A DNA stretch of 64,000 bases from Planctomycetota bacterium (GTDB lineage Bacteria; Planctomycetota; B15-G4; SIAN01): contig JANNXA010000009.1 in assembly GCA_031409275.1 (NCBI GenBank), forward strand, positions 64,001-128,000, read 5' to 3'. The notes under the pieces are model-generated. The model was not told the origin of the DNA. It saw only the letters and a program-made list of their open reading frames with translations, and did no database searches. The position numbers and the translations under genes were made by a program. Positions 55,583 to 64,000 of the stretch are shown here, piece by piece (position 1 is the first letter of the stretch; each line of letters starts with the position of its first letter).

Positions 55583-57010
55583 TCAGTCGAGCCGCCGCAG
55601 TCGCAGCGAGCGGAACCAGACGTCGTCACCGTGATCCTGCAGTGCGATGACGCCGGTCGTGCAGGTCGCGAACTTCGGCATCGAGCCGAACTTGCTGGCG
55701 GCGATCTTCGCGCGGACCGCCGCGCTGGCGAGCTCCTGGTCGACCACCTTCTTGCCGTTGAGCCAATGCTCGACGTGCCAGCCGCGGACCACGATCCGCC
55801 CTTCGTTCCACTCGCCCACCGGCGCGAGCGCCTTGCCTTCCGCAGCGATGAGCGCGTAGAGGGCCGCCGCGGACGTACGCGGGTCCTTGCCATCCGGGTG
55901 CTTCGCATCGTCGAGCACCTGGTACTCCGGTCCCGTCTGCCACGGGTACTGCTGCTCCTCGCTCACCCGGTACATCACGCCGCTGTTCGCGCCCGCCGAC
56001 ACCTTCCACTCGAAGCGCAATTCGAAGTCGCCGTACGTCTCCGCCGTGACGAGATCGCCGCCACCACCGCCCGCGTGGACATGCAGCGTGCCATCCACGA
56101 TGGCCCACCCCTGAGTCGGGAATTCCGCCTTCGCGAACCCGCGCCAGCCATTCGGGCTGCGACCGTCGAACAGAATCTTGAAGCCGGCGGCCTCCTCCTC
56201 GAGCGAGAGTTGATTGGGCACCACCGCCGGCAGCGTCACCGCTCCCGTCGCCGCCCATTCGGTGCCGCGCGCGATCAGCAGGTGCAGCTCGGGGTTGTCG
56301 AACGTGGCACGCGACGCCACATCGCCCGGCCACACATGGCCGAGCGGCGTGTGGAAGATGCGGCCGGCGCCGAACTGCAGCACGATCGCCATCGGCTCGT
56401 CCTTGCCGGTTCCACCCGTCTCCGGATCGGAGTAGGCCGTCGCCAGCACGCGCGTCTCGACCCCCGGCGTGTGCACGAGCTTGTGGTACAGCTCGTCGGG
56501 GTGAGCCTTCAGGTCCCGCATCCCGTGCGTGATCGGGTGGTCACGATCGATGATCTTGACGTCGAAGGCGTGGTAGCGGCCGTGACCCGTGCCGGCGCGC
56601 CACAAGTCGGCCACCATCTGCTCGTACTCGGTCCATCCTTCGAACGCGTTGTCGGCCGCGTGGATCACGCTGACGCCGACGCCGCCGCGAACGGCCGCGA
56701 CGAAGTTCTTCTCCGCCGCCTCGCCCCAGCGCGCGCCGTTGTAGTTCAGCACGAAGCAGCGGTACTTGGCGATCGCCGCCGCGTCGGCCAGGGTCTTGGC
56801 AGGCTCGAGCGTGACGTCGACGTCGAAGCGGCCGCTCTTCTCGAGCCCCTCCTCGATCTTCGGGTTGGTGTACTCCCAATCGTGGTTGTTCTGCCCCGAG
56901 ATCAGCAGCACGGGGATCTTCTCGAGCGGGATCGCGCCGTGAACCGGCACGTCCGCACCACCACCGCATGCCACGAGAGCCAGCCACGAGAAAGCGTGCA
57001 GCATCGTCAT
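55583..57010 (-). CDS. ThuA-like domain plus DUF1080 (3-keto-disaccharide hydrolase-like) protein
   Basis: ThuA part SGQNNHDW, HPIT, DELY and TPLGH. DUF1080 part LFDG, GANSGV, EYQVLDD and LQDHG. Confidence 0.88.
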   Translation of the reverse strand: MTMLHAFSWLALVACGGGADVPVHGAIPLEKIPVLLISGQNNHDWEYTNPKIEEGLEKSGRFDVDVTLEPAKTLADAAAIAKYRCFVLNYNGARWGEAAEKNFVAAVRGGVGVSVIHAADNAFEGWTEYEQMVADLWRAGTGHGRYHAFDVKIIDRDHPITHGMRDLKAHPDELYHKLVHTPGVETRVLATAYSDPETGGTGKDEPMAIVLQFGAGRIFHTPLGHVWPGDVASRATFDNPELHLLIARGTEWAATGAVTLPAVVPNQLSLEEEAAGFKILFDGRSPNGWRGFAKAEFPTQGWAIVDGTLHVHAGGGGGDLVTAETYGDFELRFEWKVSAGANSGVMYRVSEEQQYPWQTGPEYQVLDDAKHPDGKDPRTSAAALYALIAAEGKALAPVGEWNEGRIVVRGWHVEHWLNGKKVVDQELASAAVRAKIAASKFGSMPKFATCTTGVIALQDHGDDVWFRSLRLRRLD

Positions 57011-57291
57011 CTCCGAGGGTGAACCGCCCTTTGGAGGACGCTCCGGGTCGACCGGCGGCGGCGCTCGAGCCGGTCGTTCGTCGGAGGCTCTCGACCACTC
57101 ACCTTGGAGCTGGCTTCGAACCTCCTCCGCGTCCCGACTCGAAGTCCACTCACCCGACTCGCGGCGACTCCTCCAACCGACGGCTGAGGCTTTGAAGCGT
57201 ACCAGCCGCGCGCGCCCATCCCCATCGGCTCGAAACGCCGCGCCGCGTCCGGCAGTAGCCTTCGCCGGTCGTGCACCGTCGGAGCCGCACG

Positions 57292-57783
57292 ATGATCGAA
57301 GCGCTGCTGTCGAGCCACGCCTACACGACCCGGTGGATCGTCGATGCCGTCGCCGACATCGCCGAGCGCGACCGGGCACGCCTCTTTCCCGGCATCGCCA
57401 ACCACCCGGCGTGGACGCTCGGCCACCTCATCTTCAGCGCGCAGTCGATCGGCGGCGAGCTCGAGGTCGCGCCATGGCTCGACGCGAGCTGGCAGGCGCG
57501 CTTCGGTCAGGGCAGTGTCCCGATCGACGACGCCGACGCCTATCCACCGCTCGCGTTCCTCGTCGTCGATCTGCGCGCTTGCGCCAAACAGCTGCAGGCC
57601 CACCTCGCCGCACGCGGCGCCGACTTCCTCGCGCAGCCGCTTCCCGACGTCCGCTTTCGCGCCCTGCTGCCGACGCGCGGCCACGCGGCGCTGCAGGTCC
57701 TGGTCGGTCACACCGCGTTCCATGCCGGCCAGCTCGCCGTCGGGCGCCGCGCCGCGGGCCTGCCTGGCCGCTCGTTCGTGTGA
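57292..57783 (+). CDS. DinB family protein
   Basis: Motifs NHPAWTLGHL and HTAFHAGQL. Confidence 0.85.
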   Translation: MIEALLSSHAYTTRWIVDAVADIAERDRARLFPGIANHPAWTLGHLIFSAQSIGGELEVAPWLDASWQARFGQGSVPIDDADAYPPLAFLVVDLRACAKQLQAHLAARGADFLAQPLPDVRFRALLPTRGHAALQVLVGHTAFHAGQLAVGRRAAGLPGRSFV

Positions 57784-57810
57784 TCGCGGCGCCGCGGCGC
57801 GACGGCGCGC

Positions 57811-59982
57811 CTACTGTCCCGTAGCGCCGCCCTTCTTCAATTCCGGCAGATCGCAGCCGATCGCCTTGGTGCGATCGTTCGTGATCTTCTTGCCGGCCAG
57901 CAACGCGTCGAGCGCGACGCGCAAGTCACGAACCGTGGGTGCCGGCCGCTTCTTCGCCAGGTCGCCCCACTGGTCGTCGATCCGGCCGCGGTACGCGATG
58001 GTGCCGCCAGCGGTGATCACCGCAACTTCGGGCGTCGCGTCGATGCCGAGCTTCTTCGCCAGCACGTGCTTCGGATCGAGCAGGAGCCGCGGACGCAGGC
58101 TGTACTCGCGCGCGTGAGCTGTCGCCGATTCGGCGCTCGTGTCGGGATCGACGTGCACGACGAAGAAGCGCAGCGGCTGCTCGGCGTAGTCGGCGACGAT
58201 CGCGTTGATCTCCGGCGCATACGAGTTGGCGATCGGGCAATCGGGCGTCACGAAGAGCATCACGTTGGCCTTCTGCTCGCCCGGATCGAGCGGCCAGCAC
58301 GCCACGCCGGCGACGTCGCTCCACTTCGGGCCGCTGCCCGCCTTCTGCGGCGCCTCGGACTTCGGCTTCGCGGGCGCCTCGCCCTCCTTGCCGGCCGGCG
58401 CAGGTTTGGCAGCGCCCGGCTCCTCGCCGGTCAGCGCGGCGAGCTCGGCCGCATCGATGTCGCCATCGCCATTGCTGTCGAGCCGCCCGACGAACGGCTT
58501 CATCTGCGCCGGGATCTCATCCTTCGAGATCGTCCCGTCCTTGTTGAGGTCGAACTGCTTCACGCGCGCCGCGAGCCCTTCGAGCAGCCCGCCCCCGCCG
58601 CCCGCGCTCTTTCGCGCACCACGCGCCATCGAGGCGATCCGGTTCAACCGGATGCCGGCCAGCAGCGCGGCCGAGTCCGCTTCGCGCGTCGGCACCAGCA
58701 ACAGCGAGACGCTGCCCATCTCGTCGGTCGTCTCTTCGCCCCACCGCACGCGCTGTGGCGGGTCGTGCGGATTGTTCTTGTTGGCGGCGGAGTTGTCGTA
58801 GGTGAGCTCGACCTCGACCTTGGTGCCCTTCGGCAACGGCAGCGGCTCGCGGTACTGGTACTGGTTCTGCCAGTCGAAGTCCCACTGGTCGATGAAGAAG
58901 GCGGACTCGCGCTCCGATTGCGGCCGCGTCACCCACACCTGCATCGTCGTGCAGAGCAGGTGGGCATGGCCGCCGACCATCACCGCCTCGGCGTCGACCG
59001 GCAGCTCGAACGAGTCGCGCAGCTTGAACGCCGCTTCGCCGGCCGGGATGTCGAGACCCGCGCTGACGCCAAAGAGCGGCGGCAGTTGCAGCGTGGCCAT
59101 CGTGCGCGCGGGCGGCTCCTTCGCGAAGTGCAGCCCGAGCACCGTCTGCTCCGTCTCCGCCTTCCCGGACGGATGGAGGTGGCTCTGCAAGACGAGGTCG
59201 GCGCCCTTCGGGACGCGGCGCGCGAGACCTTGCGGCAAATGGCGCGGCATGCCGCCGACCGCCCAACCGCCAAGCCCCGCTGTATCCGCGCCCAGCAGCT
59301 GGTTGTCGCCCCCACCCACCATGCGCCGGAATCCAGGCTTGCCGTCCTTGCCATCGATCTGGCGCGCCTCGCCTGTTTCGTCGAGGAAGAAGAGCACGTG
59401 ATGCAGCACCGCGCGCGCGCTCGGCCGCACCTCGATCGCCGTGAGGTAGCGATCCTCCTTGAAGCCGAGCGGCACCAGGAAGTTGCGGTAGATGTCGGGC
59501 CCGCCGGCCGCGACGTCGTAGCCCTTCGGCATCTTCACGACGAGGTCGGGCTCGCCGAGCTGCCACCCTTGCGTGAACTTCGGCAGCGCCGGGGTCTGCT
59601 TCGGATCCCCTTGCGGGCAGCCACCATCCACCCACGCCGTGATCGTCTCGACCTCGCTCACGCTCAACGTGAGTTCGTCGGCGAACTCGCCGTGCCCCTC
59701 GACCGGTTGCCATGGTGGCATCAAGCGGCGCGACACGACCCGCTCGATCATCGTCGAGCGCTTGCGGACCTCCTCGTAGGTCAGCAGCGAGAACGGTCCG
59801 ACCTCGCCCGGTCGATGGCACGAGCTGCAGTTCGAGAAGATGATCGGCGCGACGTCCTTCGCGAAGGTCGGCGGCGCGTCGGCGGCGAGACCGGCGACGG
59901 CGACGCCCGCACCGCTCAGCACGAGGGCGGCGAGGGCGCGGACGCCGCAGCGGATGAAGGAGTGCGCGTGACGATGCAGCAT
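57811..59982 (-). CDS. Secreted heme-c (CxxCH) + copper type II monooxygenase-like + EF-hand + redoxin multidomain protein
   Basis: Motifs CSSCH, LHHVLF, GHAH, WDFDWQ and DEM, EF loops (DLNKDGTIS, DSNGDGDID), then DCPIAN, TPEV and YRGRIDD. Confidence 0.8.
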   Translation of the reverse strand: MLHRHAHSFIRCGVRALAALVLSGAGVAVAGLAADAPPTFAKDVAPIIFSNCSSCHRPGEVGPFSLLTYEEVRKRSTMIERVVSRRLMPPWQPVEGHGEFADELTLSVSEVETITAWVDGGCPQGDPKQTPALPKFTQGWQLGEPDLVVKMPKGYDVAAGGPDIYRNFLVPLGFKEDRYLTAIEVRPSARAVLHHVLFFLDETGEARQIDGKDGKPGFRRMVGGGDNQLLGADTAGLGGWAVGGMPRHLPQGLARRVPKGADLVLQSHLHPSGKAETEQTVLGLHFAKEPPARTMATLQLPPLFGVSAGLDIPAGEAAFKLRDSFELPVDAEAVMVGGHAHLLCTTMQVWVTRPQSERESAFFIDQWDFDWQNQYQYREPLPLPKGTKVEVELTYDNSAANKNNPHDPPQRVRWGEETTDEMGSVSLLLVPTREADSAALLAGIRLNRIASMARGARKSAGGGGGLLEGLAARVKQFDLNKDGTISKDEIPAQMKPFVGRLDSNGDGDIDAAELAALTGEEPGAAKPAPAGKEGEAPAKPKSEAPQKAGSGPKWSDVAGVACWPLDPGEQKANVMLFVTPDCPIANSYAPEINAIVADYAEQPLRFFVVHVDPDTSAESATAHAREYSLRPRLLLDPKHVLAKKLGIDATPEVAVITAGGTIAYRGRIDDQWGDLAKKRPAPTVRDLRVALDALLAGKKITNDRTKAIGCDLPELKKGGATGQ

Positions 59983-60204
59983 GCGGAGCTCCCGAGCGAT
60001 CTGGCGGAGTGCGGGAAACTAGCGATTGAACCGCAACGCGCGCAGTCGGGCATGGTGCGCGGCGTCTGGAGGTTCCCGCGATGAGGGCATTCGCCCCCGG
60101 TTCGACGCTCTGGAAGGAGGAGTCGCGCCGCCGCGCCGCCGGCGGGCTCCTCGCGTTGCGCGGCGCGTGGCGCCACCGACGCGAGGAGCTCGAGGCCGCC
60201 GCCC

Positions 60205-62808
60205 TCAGCAGATGACGTTGACGATCTTCCGCGGCACGACGATCACCTTCTTCGCCGGCTTGCCCTCCATCGCGCGCTGCACCTTCTCGCTCGCGAGCGC
60301 GAGCTGCTGGCAGAGCGCCGCGTCGGCGGCGACCGGGATCTTGATGGTGTCGCGCACCTTGCCATTCACCTGCACGGCGATCTCGAGCTCGTCATCGACG
60401 CACAGCGCCGCATCGAACGTCGGCCACGGCGCATTGGCGATCGACTCGCGGTGACCGAGCGCGGCCCACACCTCTTCGGCGAAGTGCGGCGCGAACGGCG
60501 CGAGCAGCAGGACGAACTTCTCGAGCAGCGACCGCGGCAGCCGCTCGCGACCGGTCGCGGCATTCACGAAGACCATCATCGCGCTGATCGCCGTGTTGAA
60601 TCCCATCACGGCGAGGTCGGCGGTCACCTTCTGGATCGTCTTGTGGAGGAGCTTCTCGAGCTCCTTGTCCTCGGGCTGCAGCGGGCCGTCGACGAGCGCC
60701 GGGTTCAACACATCGACCGTCGCCCCCTTCGGCGTCATGAACCAGAGGCGCCACGCGCGCTCGAGGAAGCGATAGACCCCCTCGACGCCATTGGTCTGCC
60801 AGACGCCGCCTGACTCCATCGGGCCGATGAAGCACTCATAGAGGCGCATCGAGTCGGCGCCGTAGTCGCGCACGACATCGTCGGGGTTGACGACGTTGTA
60901 GCGCGACTTGCTCATCTTCTCGATCTGCGTCTTCACGGCGACGCCGCTCGCCTTGACCCGCCACTGCCCGCTGCCGAGCGCCGTCTCCTCGACATCGTCG
61001 GGGTAGTAGTACTTGCCGGCCGCGTCCTGGAAGCTCGCCGCGACGATCATTCCCTGGTTGCGCAGCTTCTGGAACGGCTCCTTCGTCGTGACGAGGCCGA
61101 GGTCGAAGAGCACCTTGTGCCAGAAGCGGGCATACAACAGGTGCAGCACCGCGTGCTCGACGCCGCCGACGTAGAGGTCGACGGGCATCCAATACGACTC
61201 CGCCTCCTTCGACCACGGCGCCTGCGAGTTCTTCGGGTCGATGAAGCGCAGGTAGTACCAGCACGAGCCGGCCCACTGCGGCATCGTGTTGGTTTCGCGT
61301 GTCGCCGGCTTGCCGCTGCGCGGATCGGTCGTCTTCACCCATTCGGTCGCGCGAGCGAGCGGCGGCTGCCCATCGGCCGTCGGCTTGTATTCATCGATCG
61401 GCGGCAGCAGCAGCGGGAGATCCTCGTAGGGAACCGCCACCGTCGTGCCATCCTCGAGGTGGAGCACGGGGAAAGGCTCGCCCCAGTAGCGCTGCCGTGA
61501 GAAGAGCCAGTCGCGCAGCTTGTACTGGACGCGCTCTTTGCCGAGCCGCTTCTCCTCGAGCCACTTCGTCATCGCCGCCTTGGCGTCGACGGTGCCCTTG
61601 CCATCGAGGAAGTTCGAGTTCACCGCGACCCCGTCGTCGACGTAGGCCGCCTGCTGAACATCACATTTCGCCGCGACGCCACTCGCGCCGGCCGCCGGCG
61701 CCACCACCTGCACGATCGGCAGACCGAATGCCATCGCGAAGGCGTGGTCGCGCTCGTCGTGGCCAGGCACCGCCATGATCGCGCCGGTTCCGTAACCCCA
61801 CAGGACGTAGTCGGCGACCCAGATCGGGATCGCCTGGCCGGTCGCCGGGTTCAGCGCGAACGCGCCCGTGAACGCGCCCGTCTTCTCCTTGGTGTCCGCC
61901 ATGCGATCGCGCTCGGCCTTGTTCTTCGCGGCCGTCACGTACGCATCGACGGTCGCGCGCTGCGCCGGCGCGGTGATCTTCGCGACCAGCGGGTGCTCGG
62001 GCGCCAGCACGCAATAGGTGGCGCCGAAGAGCGTGTCGGGACGCGTGGTGAAGACCGTGAACGACGCGGGAGCTCCGCCGCTCGCGCCGCCGCCACCTTG
62101 CACCGCGAACGTGACCTCCGCGCCACTGCTCTTGCCGATCCAGTGGCGCTGCATCTCCTTCAGCGACTCGGGCCAGTCGAGGCCGTCCAGGTCGCTGATC
62201 AGCCGCTCGGCATACGCCGTGATCTTCATCATCCACTGCCGCATCGAGCGCTTCTCGACCGGGTCGCCGGTCTCGACGTACTTGCCGTCCTGCACCTCTT
62301 CGTTGGCCAGCACGGTGCCGAGCGCCGGGCACCAGTTCACGGCGACCTCTGCCTGGTAGGCGAGCCCCTTCTCGTAGAGCTTGAGGAAGATCCACTGCGT
62401 CCACTTGTAGTACTCGACATCGGTCGTCGAGACTTCGCGCTCCCAGTCGTAGGCGAAACCGAGTCGCTGGATCTGCTGGCGGAAGTTCGCGACGTTGCGC
62501 TTGGTGATGACCGCCGGGTGGAGGTTCTCGCGCACCGCGGCGCGCTCGGCCGGCAACCCGAACGCATCCCATCCCATCGGATGGAGCACGTTGAAGCCCT
62601 GCATCCGCTTCCAGCGCGAGATCACGTCGGTCGCCGTGTAGCCCTTCGGATGGCCGACGTGGAGCCCCGAGCCGCTCGGGTAAGGGAACATGTCGAGCAC
62701 GTAGTACTTCGGCTTGCTGCGATCGAGCTGCACGCTGAAGGTCTTCTCGCGCAGCCACTTCTCCTGCCAGCGCGGCTCGATCGAATGCGGGTTGTAGGGC
62801 ATCGGCAT
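60205..62808 (-). CDS. leuS: Leucine--tRNA ligase
   Basis: Motifs MFPYPSG, HVGH, FTTRPDT, SRQRYWG and KMSKS. Start at 62808 or 62802. Confidence 0.97.
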   Translation of the reverse strand: MPMPYNPHSIEPRWQEKWLREKTFSVQLDRSKPKYYVLDMFPYPSGSGLHVGHPKGYTATDVISRWKRMQGFNVLHPMGWDAFGLPAERAAVRENLHPAVITKRNVANFRQQIQRLGFAYDWEREVSTTDVEYYKWTQWIFLKLYEKGLAYQAEVAVNWCPALGTVLANEEVQDGKYVETGDPVEKRSMRQWMMKITAYAERLISDLDGLDWPESLKEMQRHWIGKSSGAEVTFAVQGGGGASGGAPASFTVFTTRPDTLFGATYCVLAPEHPLVAKITAPAQRATVDAYVTAAKNKAERDRMADTKEKTGAFTGAFALNPATGQAIPIWVADYVLWGYGTGAIMAVPGHDERDHAFAMAFGLPIVQVVAPAAGASGVAAKCDVQQAAYVDDGVAVNSNFLDGKGTVDAKAAMTKWLEEKRLGKERVQYKLRDWLFSRQRYWGEPFPVLHLEDGTTVAVPYEDLPLLLPPIDEYKPTADGQPPLARATEWVKTTDPRSGKPATRETNTMPQWAGSCWYYLRFIDPKNSQAPWSKEAESYWMPVDLYVGGVEHAVLHLLYARFWHKVLFDLGLVTTKEPFQKLRNQGMIVAASFQDAAGKYYYPDDVEETALGSGQWRVKASGVAVKTQIEKMSKSRYNVVNPDDVVRDYGADSMRLYECFIGPMESGGVWQTNGVEGVYRFLERAWRLWFMTPKGATVDVLNPALVDGPLQPEDKELEKLLHKTIQKVTADLAVMGFNTAISAMMVFVNAATGRERLPRSLLEKFVLLLAPFAPHFAEEVWAALGHRESIANAPWPTFDAALCVDDELEIAVQVNGKVRDTIKIPVAADAALCQQLALASEKVQRAMEGKPAKKVIVVPRKIVNVIC

Positions 62809-63242
62809 CCATCCGTGGGCGCGCCCCGGATCGGGCGCGAGGGGCCGGGATGATACGCCGCCGCTCCACGCGCCCGCGCCGTGCCGTCGGCGAAGCGCTG
62901 AAGTGGCCACTTCACGTGGTCCCGCATCAGCGCGACGATTCCAAGGTGAAGTGGAGCTTGAACTCGGCTTCGAGCTCATCCGGCGGTTGAACGGCGACCA
63001 CCCCGTCGGCATCCGCATGGTCGATCCGCTGCCGCGAAGTGCCGACGCGACCTGCGGACGTGCAGCGTGGTGCCGAGCAACGCCCCGACGTCCCCGTTCG
63101 GCTCGACCGACGGGCCCGTCCTCTTCTTCAATCGCCGCGCGACCCGAGCGGCCCGAACCGACACCAACGGAGCGCGCTGGTTGGCACGCCGTGCCGCACG
63201 ACCGCGCATTGATGAGCTTTTCGCTCGGCCCAGGAGAACCCA

Positions 63243-64000
63243 ATGGTCGCTCGCCCGCTCGCCGTACTCGCCGCGGTACTGCTCACGACCGGCGCCGCCA
63301 CGGCGCAGATCCAGTTCGGCTATCGGGCGCTCGCGCTGCTGCCTGGCGACCAGCTCGCAACGCCCATCGCGATGAACGCACATGGAGACATCGTCGGCAC
63401 GTCGTTCGACGCCGCCTACGTCGCCTGCGCGACGCTCTGGATCGATGGCGTACCGCAATCGCTCGGCACGCTGCCGGGAACGACCTCGTCGTACGCCCTC
63501 GCACTCAACCAACTGCGCGAGGTCGTCGGGATCTCGACGACGAGCGGATCACCTGACCGGTCCGCCTGGATCTGGGACGCCGTGAACGGCATGCGCGAGC
63601 TGCCGCCACCGATCGGCCACTCCAACGCGATGGCCCGCGACCTCAACGAGTCCGGGACGATCATCGGCTCCTCCGTCGACGCGAGCGGGTTCACGCAGAT
63701 CGTCCGATGGGATCACCTCGGCGCGGCGACGCTGCTCGGCGTCCCTGCCGGCTACGACGACGCGGCCCCGGCCGGGATCAACCGCTTCGGCGAGATCTGC
63801 GGAACCGCGACTGCGTCGGGTGGCCGCGTCGCCGATGCGCTGCGTTACGACGACGTCAACGGATTCCGCATGCTGCCGCCGCCCGGAACCGGACGCACCT
63901 CTTCCAACGACATCCGTGATGACGGCATCGTTTGCGGCGCCGCAACCGATGACGGCGAGCTCATCACCTGGAACGGACTGGTGCCGACCTCGCTCGGCTT
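63243..64000 (+). CDS. Secreted HAF-repeat protein, 3' partial (absent from the ORF track)
   Basis: AGGAG RBS, signal [14 protein letters not shown]...AQ and [17 protein letters not shown] repeats. The frame is open to the window end. Confidence 0.8.
   Translation, partial: MVARPLAVLAAVLLTTGAATAQIQFGYRALALLPGDQLATPIAMNAHGDIVGTSFDAAYVACATLWIDGVPQSLGTLPGTTSSYALALNQLREVVGISTTSGSPDRSAWIWDAVNGMRELPPPIGHSNAMARDLNESGTIIGSSVDASGFTQIVRWDHLGAATLLGVPAGYDDAAPAGINRFGEICGTATASGGRVADALRYDDVNGFRMLPPPGTGRTSSNDIRDDGIVCGAATDDGELITWNGLVPTSLG

Noticed and set aside
1959..62869. Many long antisense or alternative-frame ORFs (e.g. 1959-4070, 8938-11928, 17463-19364, 58066-60084)
   Set aside because: They are shadows of real genes caused by high GC and stop-codon scarcity, and show no family motifs.
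62830..63230. T-box or leader RNA, or small gene, upstream of leuS
   Set aside because: No T-box motif or terminator is visible, and the short coding-like stretch is unassignable.

Overview
High-GC bacterial chromosomal window, about 45 genes. The gene families look like Planctomycetota, which is an inference. Housekeeping genes include nrdJ, pruA, ppgK, leuS, rtcB and a SMUG1-type UDG. I found no rRNA, tRNA, CRISPR array, transposase or prophage. Main observations: (1) Two UxxC thioredoxin-fold selenoprotein genes that the ORF track splits at in-frame TGA codons. One is an intact TlpA-like gene (W-U-G-P-C) followed by a SECIS-like hairpin. The other (U-A-T-C) is broken by a 177-bp MITE and a 1-bp frameshift. 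(2) A second copy of that MITE sits in the TA of the -10 box of the leaderless SMUG1 gene. (3) A sulfur-relay cluster I cannot assign to a known pathway: ZnF-TusA, DsrE, TusA-OsmC fusion and a core MetE-like enzyme, preceded by rhodanese, porin and transglutaminase genes. (4) An envelope operon tolC-mfp-cusA-arnT-lpxL-rtcB-labN whose promoter shares a 30-bp operator and -10 spacing with the adjacent two-component operon. (5) A shared 121-aa C-terminal domain on two unrelated secreted proteins. (6) Several palindromic repeat families. All calls come from motif recognition by eye. Frameshifts and odd start codons could be assembly errors.
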